A DNA stretch of 61,428 nucleotides, filler included, from Platydemus manokwari (GCA_037951405.1; 4 parts of 4 records of this genome joined end to end with filler, not necessarily neighbours in it), one strand, 5' to 3'; counted from the whole stretch's first letter, positions 29,667-41,860 are shown. Notes: a model not told the origin generated them from the letters alone. A program made the numbers and translations.

Positions 29667-32600
29667 AACAATAATATTAATTTCCTCACTTCAAATCTGT
29701 GCTTCCTTCGTTGTTCGCAATTGCAGTTATTCCTAACATAGTAAATAGTTGTCACCTTTCTTCTACGATGAGGATAAATACATTTCGAAACAATCAAACG
29801 TTTTGGTTGACAGTTAGTGGGTCGTTTATATTGGGAAATCAAAATATTAACGCATACTCGCCTTTTCAATACTCGTCTGAATACTCTTGTTACCAAATAA
29901 TCATTGATACAACGGATCCTTGTGACCTGTTGTGGTTTGCAACCTTAATTAAAAATATTGAATCATCACAAAATTCGCATCCAACAATTTCATCTTACAG
30001 CATAATCGTACTTCATTTCGAACATGTTTCGTTTTAATTTTACACCGATGAAGATACTTCTTTATGATTTTAACGCGTCTCGTGCAATTCACTTGGCATT
30101 TGCCTTTATTTTCTATGTATCGTGGTGGGAAAATAATCTTTCTCTTTCTAATTTGGACGAATTTTCGACACCTATACGTTCCTCTCCACTTTTCTAATTT
30201 ACTATATTCACTGGTGTGTAGGATAATTCCCAATTTTTCAATGCAAATTTGATGACTTGATGGTGGATGACAACCTGATTAACAGAAACTTGATATTTTC
30301 GACATGTAAAATAGGTACTCACAGCATGTTCGTTGATGTTTAGTTCGGTAATCTTGGCATTTACATTGTTTATTTCGTCTTCGAACGATATGAATATCTG
30401 TAGCTTTGCAGAAAAACTTTCCATTCTTAAATCGATTGCAAGTACCTTTTATTGATGCTTTTTGCCTGCACCCTGGTAATATTTTAATCAAAAATTATAA
30501 ATATTATTTTTTCTATCCGCAAACAAACACGAACTTTTTAAACTTCTATGTACTGAAGTATTTCATAGTGAGTTCGACAATCAATTCAAATTTACATAAA
30601 AAACATAATTACTTACTTTGAGTTACATCTCGATCATTATAAATTGGAATGCATCTACCTCTGATGAATTTATAAGTTATTGTTCGAATAATCTTTCTCC
30701 TCGCCACACAAATTCGCCTTACTATTGGTCTTTGATTACAGCCTATAATCGAAAATTACTTTCAGATTTTCTGCAAATTATTTTGAATTATTTCACGGAA
30801 ATTGTGCAAGTAAAACGGAATTTATTAAAAAGGATAATCAAGTTTATTATAATCTTTCCAAGATCAATTACGAAACTTGGTATATTTGAAGGCAGGTAGA
30901 ATGTTAGCAATACAATTAATTAACTTACACCAAACAGTCACTCGTTTAATGACATTACTATCGCATCTGCAATTTCTTGGACGCCTTTGGATAATTGTTG
31001 TGAGTTTCAAGCATGTGAATTTATCCATCTTGATTTTCTTAGTACTTTTGCATTTTGTTTTTCTCACTCTGACAGTTCTACTTGGTACACATGAATAGCA
31101 TCCATTAAGTTTGTGGAAGAAAACTGTTGTTTGGTAATTCCTATGGTTTATACATCTGTGCACTACGCGCTCATTTCGTCTGCATTTATGACAATTTTCG
31201 AATACCACTGCCCGACTTTTTATGCATCTGTTGGCGACTTCTTTTTTAATATAATAAACAATGCGTCGCTTCCCAGTACACATGTTACAGCGGCCTGTTA
31301 CTCTTCTATGTTCTAGACAATCTGAAAAACAAATAACACATGAAATCACAAGCTAATGTGTCACGTATTTATACCGCAAATTCGAGATATTTTTCTGATC
31401 AATTTAGCACATCGTCCTTGGGAATCTCTAACGAATTTGTAGTAGGTCGTTATTCGGATATTAATTCGGTAATTACATTTTCCAACATGTTTCCTGCTTC
31501 TACCACATTCTAAATTTCAGATTAATTGACCCTAAAAATTAAGTTAAATAACACTTACGACATCGATCGTAATTGCAAGTCAATCCACAAATAGCTTTGT
31601 AGAACTCGTGAAAGCACAGACCCTTATTTCGGAAGTGTAAACATTTCTTAGTACTCAGCTCGTCTTCGCAATTACCACCTGAATCATCAATTAACAATAG
31701 ATAATAAAAGATTTCAGTTAACAAATTGAAATTGGAAAAAATATTACTTGTTGTCTTGCACATGCCACACATTTTCGGACAAAGCATATTCATCTGCTCG
31801 GGAAATTCTTGACATTGACCTTTATTTTTCCATTGCCTACATTTCTCAGAACTTTCTCTGTCGACGCATAGATTTATACATTTACAATGCATTGGTTTGA
31901 CACAAAGTGCACCATCTCGTATGAATCCCTTTTTACATTCACAACCTTCTCTTGACGGTAGATCATAACATGGATTTTTAGTACCATAGAAATAGTTTTC
32001 ACAAGTTCTTGGACATGATGTAGCTTTTTGAGAGAAATATTGATTGATTCCACATTTCATTGGGCACCTGAATGCAGTTCTCCACTTGATTCCACTGAAA
32101 CCTGATTCGGAACAAACTTCGGCCAGACCAGATAATATCTCACATCGAATTTTGTCCAATCTTCTTGGATTTCTTTTGTTTACGCACATATCAATCAAGC
32201 AGTCATCATAGAAACTTTTCATGTCAACATGACCGTTTTGACCACATTTATAGAATGGACTATTTTTAGACAGAATACCACCGCAATAGTTATGCGCTTT
32301 GAGCTTTCTGATCCAATCTCTTCCACAAACATTCTCATATCTGATATCGTTTGCTTTCTTACAGATTTGACCTTTCGATGAAATACCATAACTGTTTCCA
32401 ATGAGACTAAATTTGTTTTTGCTTTTTGAGACATCTTTCCCAGATTTCGTTCTAAAAATAAACAAGTAACAATGATGTCAGTTAAGTTTAGAATTATTAT
32501 CATTGTTAATATTGATCATGGATGTTCCGAAATACGATTGTAGACGGTGCTCAAGTCTAAAGATATGGTGACTATTGTGCAATGGTGAGATCAAAGTTTT

Positions 32601-33534
32601 ATTCGATATTCATTAGCGAAAAGAATTAAGATTCCACTCAACAAGAAATTATCTGCTGGAATTGGTAATAATTCGATCATTAAACTATCGTATCTCTTAA
32701 GTTTAATTCCTAATATCAGAACTATTATTACGATCATTATCTATAATATCATTTTAATTAATAAAAAATGGTACCTAAAATCATCTCGTTTCCCGTTGCA
32801 ATCACCACAGATGCCACTCATTCGATTAGCATAACGTTTTGAAACTTCGACGAAGGCGTTGGATTTACCGTCAAATGCAACTCGTACGAAACATGATGGT
32901 GCAACGAATTGTAAAAATTGATTCGATCGGAATATTCTGACCTCATCGCCGTGCTCGTATGGGATTGGAGTGATGACATTGTTTACCTAGACAAAATAAT
33001 AAAAATTAATTTACCATCGATATTTTTGTAAATAAATAGAAACTAAAATACTGACCTTCAAAGTTCTGTGCTTTCCGAGCTCGTAAGAATTCCCAAACAT
33101 GTAAACAGTCACGCTCTGGGTATAGGTGAAATATTTATTTCCGTTGCGGTATTCATTTTGAACTTCAATATTAAATCCACAATGTCTACTTTTAAATTTT
33201 GAAAGCGTATATTTGCAATCCCCATAGAAATGTATTGTTTGTCCATCATAGGTTCTGTAGTGAGGATCACCTACGGCGCTACATTTGCATAAGTCCTTCT
33301 TCTCCAAATCGCAGTGCAATTTGGTCATTGTTGGAAATGGTGTGCAAATACCATTTTCTCTGACGTAGGTAGTTATTCTAGCATTTTTCGTTCCGTTTGT
33401 ACATGGTCCTCTATCGCGACAAGATACAATGAAATATAATTGAAAATAAACACTCACTTTTTGACAATTGATCTGTGACAAGTGCCATGCCTTGTCATCG
33501 TCACATTTTCGATAGCAAGTAAATAAATGATTAA
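15859..33534 (-). CDS. Giant (~4,000 aa, manual estimate) secreted Cys/Arg/Lys-rich protein: signal-like segment, VWD, C8, TIL, 2x ShK, ~75 tandem ~45-aa Cys-rich modules, 2x ShK, Cys-rich tail; ~30 exons; first exon lost in the gap
   Basis: Continuous series of minus-strand Cys-rich ORFs bounded by GT-AG sites. Junctions checked join in frame, e.g. exons 33458-33534, 33056-33410, 32775-32986, 31748-32451, 31559-31678, 31375-31509; the largest is ~19946-21856 and the last ~15859-16670. The most 5' visible exon reads LIIYLLAIENVTMTRHGTC (hydrophobic, signal-like). Stop TGA at 15859-15861. Confidence 0.88.
16410..16862 (-). other. Two ShK-like domains near the C-terminus
   Basis: CHDILPKSQCEIIRKSGHC.......YLCAETCNYC and CVNKYPNAICRRAYKRGHC......NCPYHCNRRC. 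Confidence 0.72.
27331..27926 (-). repeat. Family A repeat copy 2, in an intron of the giant gene
   Basis: Reverse complement aligns with 4641-5233. Confidence 0.85.
31560..31868 (-). other. Two ShK-like domains after TIL
   Basis: CVDRESSEKCRQWKNKGQC...M..LCPKMCGMC and CEDELSTKKCLHFRNKGLC......ICGLTCNYDRC fit the six-Cys ShKT spacing. Confidence 0.8.
31888..32290 (-). other. C8 and TIL domains of the giant protein
   Basis: C..IL..NSPF..C.....FYDDCLIDMC...C..L..LA..C...G....WR....CP (C8), then CG.NQ.F......CPRTC......C.....EGCECKKGFIRDG..CV....C (TIL-like). Confidence 0.88.
32390..33289 (-). other. von Willebrand factor type D domain of the giant protein
   Basis: CSAVGDPHYRTYDG..IHFYG.CKYTL; V.FDG; GICGDCNGKRDDF across three exons. 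Confidence 0.92.
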
Positions 33535-33555
33535 CTAAATCAAGTATAGAATTTA

Positions 33556-33556
<1 letters not shown>

Positions 33557-33628
<72 letters not shown>
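33557..33628. repeat. (AAT)n microsatellite at contig end
   Basis: More than 20 perfect AAT units running into the gap. Confidence 0.95.
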
Positions 33629-33728
33629 NNNNNNNNNNNNNNNNNNNNNNNNNNNNNNNNNNNNNNNNNNNNTTAATTAATTAANNNNNNNNNNNNNNNN
33701 NNNNNNNNNNNNNNNNNNNNNNNNNNNN
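33629..33728. other. Artificial contig linker
   Basis: N44-TTAATTAATTAA-N44. Confidence 0.97.
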
Positions 33729-36700
33729 TTTTATTATCTATTATCACTGTTCTTAACAATATCAATATTATCAATATTGTGTCCCTGTAATATCAAATGA
33801 ATAATTTGATAGAAGTCACATGAGAGGTGTTGAGTGTGTGATATAAACAATTAAGATACCTAAAACGCACACGGAACAGACCTCAAGGTCTTCATCCAAG
33901 CAAGCCCGATAAGCGCACGTTCTGCTTGCCAATCGGATGCCTCAACAATAGCAACCAATAAATAGAATTCGATCGTGAATTGGTGCATAGCGAACATTAA
34001 GCATCGCACATAAAGATAAGGCAATGAAATGAGAGCCATAAGTTAGTCTTTAGACGGTTCTGAAGAATATGAAGAAAAACCCGCAGAACACTAGATAAAT
34101 AGACACGAAAAATCTACAAAAATAGTTGAATGATAACAGCAAGTGCCAGTCTTTCAGAGTCGGTAACTTTCTATCTATCGTAATTCGTTATGTGGTCATC
34201 CTGATAAATAACCCTTTATGGTTGTTAATTTCTGTAGCTGTTTAATCTTTTCGTTGTGAATTGATAATTGACTCTGTTCTTATGAGTGAAGTGAGCATCG
34301 ACGATCTAGATAAAAGTGTACAACTGTAATTTATAATCATAAATTTGAATATTAATTGTTAGTTTAAATAGAAATATACAGACTTAGCATATTCAATGTA
34401 TGATAGTGCTAATATACATATTATTGATTTGAGGTGAGGGAGTTATTTATTTTTAAACACTTACTTTACTCAATTCATTCCGTTAAACACTTCCTAATAT
34501 ATTTTCACCTTTATGAGTTTTTATTTATGAGTTTTGTCGAACAAACACACTTAATAATAAATATCTCTTTTGTAAATTTATTGTATAACCTTTGGCAAAT
34601 TTACTTTTATATTTAAATATTTTAACTCGATCTAAAATTTTAATTTTGGTTTTTCATTTCAATCTTTATTTTCTTCATTATGTTTCTCTATTATTTCTAT
34701 AACGATTTCGTCATATTTACTAGCTTCAGCAAGACTAACTTCAATAATAGAATGAATTTTATTATTGTGTTTATTAACAAAGCTTTGTTATAAATTATAA
34801 TTTCATTTTTTATTTCCAACGGCAGTGGTTTGTTTCCACATCATTTTTTTAAGTTTTAACAAATCTTTCATCAAGTACAGCTTTCACTGCATTATCTCTA
34901 TGGGATAAAATATTATCATTATCATAGTAAGCCGCTACAATTATTCAAACAAATCAATATTTTATAAAACTTTGATTAAAAATTTTTGCAAATTTCATTT
35001 TTTATAAATCCTCACATTTTCCTTTCTTTTAATATCTTTTATTTTTTTTTAATTAATAATTATCTATGTATCAAATGCTCAAAATATTTATATACATAAA
35101 AATTTCAGTTTTTTCTCTACTTTATATTTCTCTTTTCCTTTAATTTTTCTTCTATACAACTTCGGTATACCGTCTTTACATCATTGTATAGACATTCTCA
35201 ATATCGAATAGCCTTGTAAGACGATACAAAACAAAGCGATTACAATTATTCAAATAAATAAATATTTTATAAAAAATTATTTAAAATTTTTTTACAAAAT
35301 CTTAATTTATTACAAATCCTTACAATCACCACAAAACTTTTTACAAAATTCACTTGTTATTCCAGATTCTTGATCAAATTAAATATATTTTAAAATTCTT
35401 TGATCTTTCTCAAAATAATTTCCAAAAACTTCAATCAAAATTCCACCAAAACTTCAATTTTAGTGTTTCTTATCTTTTAAAGACATACATCAACGATAAA
35501 ATTTTAATGGGAGAATTGTGTAAATTTCAGGTATTAGGTATGTTTTATAAAAAGTTTGAAGTGTTTGAAAATGATTCAGCTTATGATTACCATGAATCAA
35601 ATTTCTGTAGATGGAGAGTTGATATAACTTAAAAATGAAGAAAAATTCGGATTTACAGATTTTTAAACAGTTTATGAAGATAGTTATAAAATGACAAGTT
35701 CGGTTTTAAGAAAATTGAACTTAATTTAGTAGTTTCAGAGTTTTCAGTTATTGGGAAATAAAGATTATTTCAGTGTTAACGTAAACGGGTTATACGCTTA
35801 AAAATATTAAAGAGATTCAACGAACTACATGAATTTTCAGAAAAATGTTGCAGATATTAAAAATGAGATAGAGCTATCTTTTGCCACGGGTGTTATTAAT
35901 GATAGTTTACAGGACTGTAATTATAAAGACGTGCTAAACCTTTTTAATTTCAGAAGTAATAATCATTTTGAATGATTTATAATGGAAATATTTAGACATG
36001 AGATTCGTTTAAATTTCGTGAGTATTGTAGGTCTTGCTAGTATATTGCTCACAAACTTTTTTACCCAAAGTCAAAATATCAGGAATGTATACATTATTTC
36101 GTTTAATTCTTCAACATAGAGATCAAAGACAATGTATAATAATCTTTGAACCTCATTTCTATCATACTGAAGCAAAATTCTGTGATGATTTTAACAACCT
36201 ATCTCGTATTAATATTTATGGTAATGTTTATTATATCTGAACTCTAGTTAACTGTTGCTTGACCATATTTTTTGACATTATTTTGAATGGGTGTGATTCG
36301 AGAAAAATATGTGCAAAGAAGATCCATTGAATTTATTAAAAATGGTATATATTGGATGACATTCCTTTTTATGTGATGAGAAATACCTTTATTAAATTAT
36401 TTATCACTACTAAATTCTGCATTATGAATTCTGATCTAAGGTTGAAATAAAAAATGGAACTTATTGATTTCAAGATTTGACATCTTACAAGAATACTTCT
36501 TATAAAAAGACCAGACTACATTAAATTACCACAATGCCCTTTAAACTCTTGGAAGAATAACTGTATAGTTAAGCAAACGACGAAGTTTTGATCCAAACTG
36601 AGACCTAATTAGGTTCTGTTGTCTGATCATGATTCACTTACTCGTTGTTAAAAAACAGAGAGCCAGTAATTTAGCATAGACAAAAAAATAGAAAACAGCA

Positions 36701-38199
36701 AATGTAAAATGCAATTAAATTAAATTCAGCTTAAAATATAATCAAACTCACGTTCAAAAAAACATCATTAGTTAAGCTGACATAAACAGAATGAAAATTC
36801 ATAATAATATATGATATTATTATCATTATTAAGATTATTAGATGATCACCATTATTATTAATATAATAATAGACAAACACAAGGACACAAAATACATAAT
36901 ATTGACAATCATCACAAAACATAATATGGACACCTCATGTCCAACCGCCCTAAGATTGTTGATTAGTTCGACTTTTTCTTTCTTTACAAAACTGTAATTA
37001 GATGATTTTGATTCAGAAAACATTACGAGAAACTTATATCTTCCAAAGTAATTCTTTTTTCTATTGATCAACTATACAGATAAGAACTTATTTTGTTTTT
37101 TGTAAACAAGAACAAATTTATTTCGTTAGAATTGAACATTTCCTTTAAAATAACCCCCGTAAGATACACTCTCACTTCTCTTCTACTTTTTATTTTACAA
37201 TAGCAGATGTTAACTAAAACTGTTTTAGCTTAAACACATATGTTACTGGCACAATAAAAAACAAAATATCGAGTGTTTATAAAATTGTATTTAAATAAAT
37301 GTTTTATCATATTTGATGTTATCCCTAGATTTTAATTAATGATTTTCAGCTTCGTAAGGTTAACACCTAAACTACGATTCATATTATCATCCATCAATAT
37401 TATTTTTATTATAACAAATACAGGTGAATAATATCGCAAATAATCTTTGGAGTAAGATTATTTAATTGTTGTTCGATGATTTTGATCCAAATTGAGATTC
37501 CAACTATTTTATTACTATAATGTCGAAACTTTTAAAACCTAATGACAATATTTGTATTCAGAATGTATATAATAAGGAGCTTATATTTTCATTGAATAAT
37601 GATGTTTACAAAAACTATCACCTATTGATTTGAATACTGAAAAGTGTCTCATAGAGTCTTCCTGACAAGTTAAGAAATACATACTAATGAGAATTTCGAT
37701 ATTTTTCAGATGCTATTAATTTACGAAATATTATAAATACAGTTGATCGATACTGCGTGGACTAAATGATTTCTCTAAAATAACCTATTGAAATTCTTTA
37801 GATAATATTGTGAGATATGTTGCCATGAATATCTAAGCCAAACAATCACTACATAGAGGAAAATGTTATCTTATGAATATGCTATCAATAAATAGAGATT
37901 GATAAGGAATTGTTTCATTAATGAAAGAAGAGTCCATTCGATTTATTAACATTTAAGATTAAGAAAAATAAGGCTATCAGGTTTTCTAATGATTATCAAT
38001 AAAAATCATCTTTTCGAACGCATTTTTCTTTCGAGAAAAATCGATAAATGATTTCAATTTTTCAAATACCTAAAAAGTTATTGGTTATGAATGATAAGTT
38101 ATTGTGGAAAAATAAAATCATTGAAGATAACCATTCGATAATTTTAAGCAATTCCATGAAATAAGGAAAAGTAATTGCTACTGTTTTGTGATTTAAATA

Positions 38200-39200
38200 T
38201 AGATTCATCGATTTCTTTTATTCCAAACCTGTTCCGTTTTCTAACGAATCGTCCAATCTCCCCGGAGATAACAACTGTCTCGGCGACCCTGAAATTACAA
38301 GCATCATAAACAGTTTCAGTAATGTTGGAACAGAGTCAGGGATTCGTGAAAATTTCCAATATCTAAAAACATAGAAAAATATTCCGACAACTGATATAGA
38401 AATACATCAAATCATTTGGTTTATCGATTAATAAAATGACTGTCGGGCAGACTTTCATTGTCAAAACGTCATTTCTCTCAACATCAGGAGAGTACATTTG
38501 ACAAAAACGAAAAAAGAAAATCGAATTAATAAAAATAGAAATACATTAAACACCGATGAGAAACAAACTAGAAATTAATATAATCTTTTCTACAGAAAAA
38601 AGATCCAATGATGAGTCCCAATGATATTCCTACAATCATCCAACAAATGACCAAAGATTGAGCTAGTCCATTTAAAAACTTTCGATTGGAATATTTGAAA
38701 ATGAGATGAGATCGAATTTTTACGAAATCCTTAGATGGGTACACAATTCAAAATCGTCTAAACACGATAAAGATTTATTCGTTTGGAATCAAAATCCATA
38801 TTAGAAATGTTGTCAGAAATTATATGCCCCATTTGGCAATATAAATTGATTCATCCTATAGTAAGCGTTGCTGAATAAACCACAAAATTATTATCAAATT
38901 ACACACAAAAAAACCATAAGAAATTATCTCAGTCTTTATTATTTTTCTCTTTTACAAGTATGAAAATAATATAAAATCAATTCCATAGTAAGAATTTACA
39001 ACAAGTATCGTTTTTAAATTTGTAAAGATAATACGGTTTCGTCACTGTAATCAAACCCGATCCCTATCTCACAACATTAGCTTAAAATCAATAAATAAAT
39101 TTACAGGATTTGTCGGTGACATCTAATAAACCAGAACAAAATGATCTATTTGAAACAATAAAACAATAATCAAAATCATTAATCACTGAACTCCCTGTCA
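38200..39200 (-). mobile_element. Possible decayed Penelope-like reverse transcriptase
   Basis: Minus-strand remnants in the expected order: LDVT (cf. SLDVTSLF) ~39120, IA-MG-like ~38830, CLDDF (cf. YVDDIF) ~38760. No open frame. Confidence 0.3.
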
Positions 39201-39244
39201 AGATTATCAATGACTCAATTAAAATAAAATCAACTTTTACACAC

Positions 39245-39401
39245 TGTGAGATATTTTAAATGAATTAAATTTTCAATTCTAATATAATTCTAATTTAATA
39301 TAAAATCATATTTATATAAAATTAAATTTATTTGTTTAAATATTTGTATTTAAATAGATTTTTTATGTCTTGACTTTTCAATTCGATTTCAATGTGTGGT
39401 T
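39245..39401 (+). repeat. Family B repeat copy 3
   Basis: Matches 8322-8489 and 15490-15650. Confidence 0.75.
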
Positions 39402-39610
39402 TTTGGTTGGCCATTTTTACATCGATTTTTATATTCGCGAACTGCTTGTAATTTTTTGTGTCACATTGTATCATATTTTGATCCAATATTTGTTTTTATA
39501 TGCTCCTATTGGGTTTTTGAGTTTTTTAATGAGTGGGATTGGTCAATCCCTATGTATGCGTTGTTGTGTACCTATGCCCCTATGGTTGCGTATTCTTATA
39601 TGGTGCTTAA
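39395..39610 (+). pseudogene. atp6-like mitochondrial fragment (NUMT candidate)
   Basis: T-rich; FGWP...FLCHIVSYFDPIF....VFEFF..then (frameshift) SLCMRCCVPM, resembling FLAHLVP.GTP...IE.IS..IRPLTLS.RL.ANM. Confidence 0.35.
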
Positions 39611-39789
39611 ACAAGGATTCCAAGGTGCAAACCCGTTTTTTCTTTTTCCAGAATTTCATCTCATTCGACAATATAAATTGTTTCTAAGGAATATAATTTT
39701 GTAACAATAAGATTAAAGGAGAATACTTTTATCTTTGAAATAAAATAGTAGCATTTTATCTAGAAAATCACTGGGGAATTCAAAAATAA

Positions 39790-39900
39790 TATAGTTACAT
39801 TTAAAATAATGTAAAAGAATAAACATCCATGCAGAGTAATCGTATAAATAAGGGGGAGTTTCAATGGCATATGCCCATTAATTGGAGAAACCACTAAGAA
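39790..39900 (-). pseudogene. cox3-like mitochondrial fragment (NUMT candidate)
   Basis: VSPINGHMPLKLPLIYTITL resembles WPP.G....P..LPLLNT.IL. Confidence 0.3.
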
Positions 39901-41044
39901 GAACTCTATCGTTTTGAACAGCATAAACTTTGCAATATATACTATCACTTTTTTATGCTCTAAGATTTTGTATACCATTGCCTGTAAGCCTATAAGCTTG
40001 AGTAAGCGTTTAGTATTATAAACCACTTATCGATATTATATTCTCTGTGATTTCCTACTACCGAGCTTTGTCTCAAATATCTTTCGGTAAAGGTTTTGCT
40101 CCAAGAGTGTGGAGTTTATCAACCGTCGCTTATTCTCGAAATTATCATGCTGTAGTAACAATAAACTTTTATAAAATCAAAATTTGGTTTTTTGAATGAT
40201 TGGAATAAAAAATAGAACAATTGGATAAGAAATAGCATTCAGAGGCATTAAGAGAGAAAAACTGATTAAAGTATCTACAATAATTTACAGGATACTGTTG
40301 CCGCTTTTATAGTCTTCATACAGTGTTAAGATAGAGGTAAATAAAAAGTTATAATAAGGTTAAATTGTGACCTGGGGCTTTGGTCAGATACTCACTGATA
40401 CTCATTAACACAACGGTGATATTCAATATAAAATCATTCAAGAAATTGTTAAAAATAAAAGCCAATAAGGCCCAAACCCAAAAACTAAAGAATTTCATAA
40501 AATTAAAACAAAATATCAAAGTAGAAACTTAATTTTTAATCTTAAATTCTAAATTTCAATCACTAATGTTGCAAAATTTCATTAAGATCAAGAATTTTTA
40601 ATATTCAAATGCAATATATCACCAAATACAATATATTTCCAAAATATAATAATATAATAAATAATACGAGTTTATTGGTCAAAATAATTCATTGATATTA
40701 TCGATATTCAAATAAATATTTGATTCACCGTAGACAGTGTTAGTCACTTAACTAAAAATTAAAATAATCATGCCTATTCAACTGCAGTTTATCTCTTTTT
40801 ATTGATCTCTCTATTTGATTTATTTACAACACCTCATACAATTTAGACATTCTTCAAGCACATAAAGAAATTTCCGTATAGAATATTAGATTATTATCAT
40901 AATAATAAACAAATAATGAAACAAAAGAAAATTCCAAGCACCTAAATTTGGGAATATTTTCAGCAACTGAAGATTACGTAAATTACTGCAATCTTTTAAA
41001 TTTTGTCACTCTATAATTCATGGCGAGTTGGTAAGTATTGTTTA

Positions 41045-41225
41045 TCATGCTTTTACAAATGGTCAATTTTCTTATTAGTTTCTTATCGCCTCACAGCAGA
41101 GATAACTTTTATGACTATTCTTACAAAGATGGTTAGCTTTATCATGCTCCCAACCCCAGGGGATGCACGAGCCAGAAAAGTAGTCTCTTGTTTAAAGTTA
41201 CTGGGCAGATAATGCACTTAAAACT
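41045..41225 (-). pseudogene. Mitochondrial large-subunit rRNA (rrnL)-like fragment
   Basis: Minus strand carries CTGCCCAGT, TTAAAC, CGTGCA, AGCATGAT, TTGTAAGAAT, CTGT and AAATTGACC in the same order as conserved mt 16S motifs. Confidence 0.5.
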
Positions 41226-41396
41226 AAAAAGTGCATCTTCTCATTATGCCCAAGCCCCAAGATATACTCAAATATGGGAGAATAACCCAAGCTTGTTGAT
41301 TCTTTTAGACCTATGAACCAAAGCAAACGTTGATTAATCTGTCAGTTGATCAAGCCCTGAAAGATTACCTAATGCTTTACACCACCAAGGACGTCA

Positions 41397-41612
41397 TTAA
41401 TGACCCAAACTACAGAACAATTTTCAAGGGATCGGAGCCTCATATGCCGATACCGTAAATAAGATGAATATCAAAGAGTGTAAATCAAGGCAATTCAGGA
41501 AAACTGATAATATAAAAAGAATGGAAATGAAATTACTCAGTAACTCGAGGCTTAGTAACAATGCTAACTTACAAAGAAACAAAGTATCGATGATAAAAAT
41601 GACCTTGCGCAC
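41397..41612 (-). pseudogene. nad4L-like mitochondrial fragment
   Basis: LLLSLELLS....FILFTVSAYEA matches nad4L (LLSLE...FL.F.VCE). With TGA=Trp the frame continues to TAA at 41397. Confidence 0.55.
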
Positions 41613-41860
41613 AACAAAACTACTAATGACCGAACCATTGTGACAAAGGGATCAAGATCGAAACCAATTATTTATGTACCCAAAACAGCACTTAGAGTGT
41701 ACTTAGGTCTATCACTATCAATGTCAACAGTGATAATTGTAAACTTGAAAAGCCTAATATTCAAAACTTGTCAGAGTTATAGACTCAGGAATCTCCAGAA
41801 AAATGCTGGCGAACAGAAAACAACAACCATTAACTGAAAAAGCAGTCAAATCAAAACTAA
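41600..41860 (-). pseudogene. cob (cytochrome b) 3'-part-like fragment abutting nad4L
   Basis: FCSPAF, LEIPESI (cf. LVTP.SIKPEW) and LGT..IGFDLDPFV (cf. LTWIG..PVE.PF) across frameshifts, directly upstream of nad4L on the same strand. Confidence 0.35.

Noticed and set aside
15847-31316. Many plus-strand ORFs over the giant gene (e.g. 15847-16173, 22659-22952, 29699-30037)
   Set aside because: Antisense shadows of the minus-strand exons; no motifs or splice logic of their own.
15859-31349. Treating the Cys-rich ORFs as a cluster of small toxin/defensin genes
   Set aside because: ORF ends are intron read-through, none has its own signal peptide, and the checked GT-AG junctions join them in one frame.
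33820-34330. Solo LTR
   Set aside because: Locally higher GC and LTR-like feel, but no defined TG...CA ends, TSD or second copy in the window.
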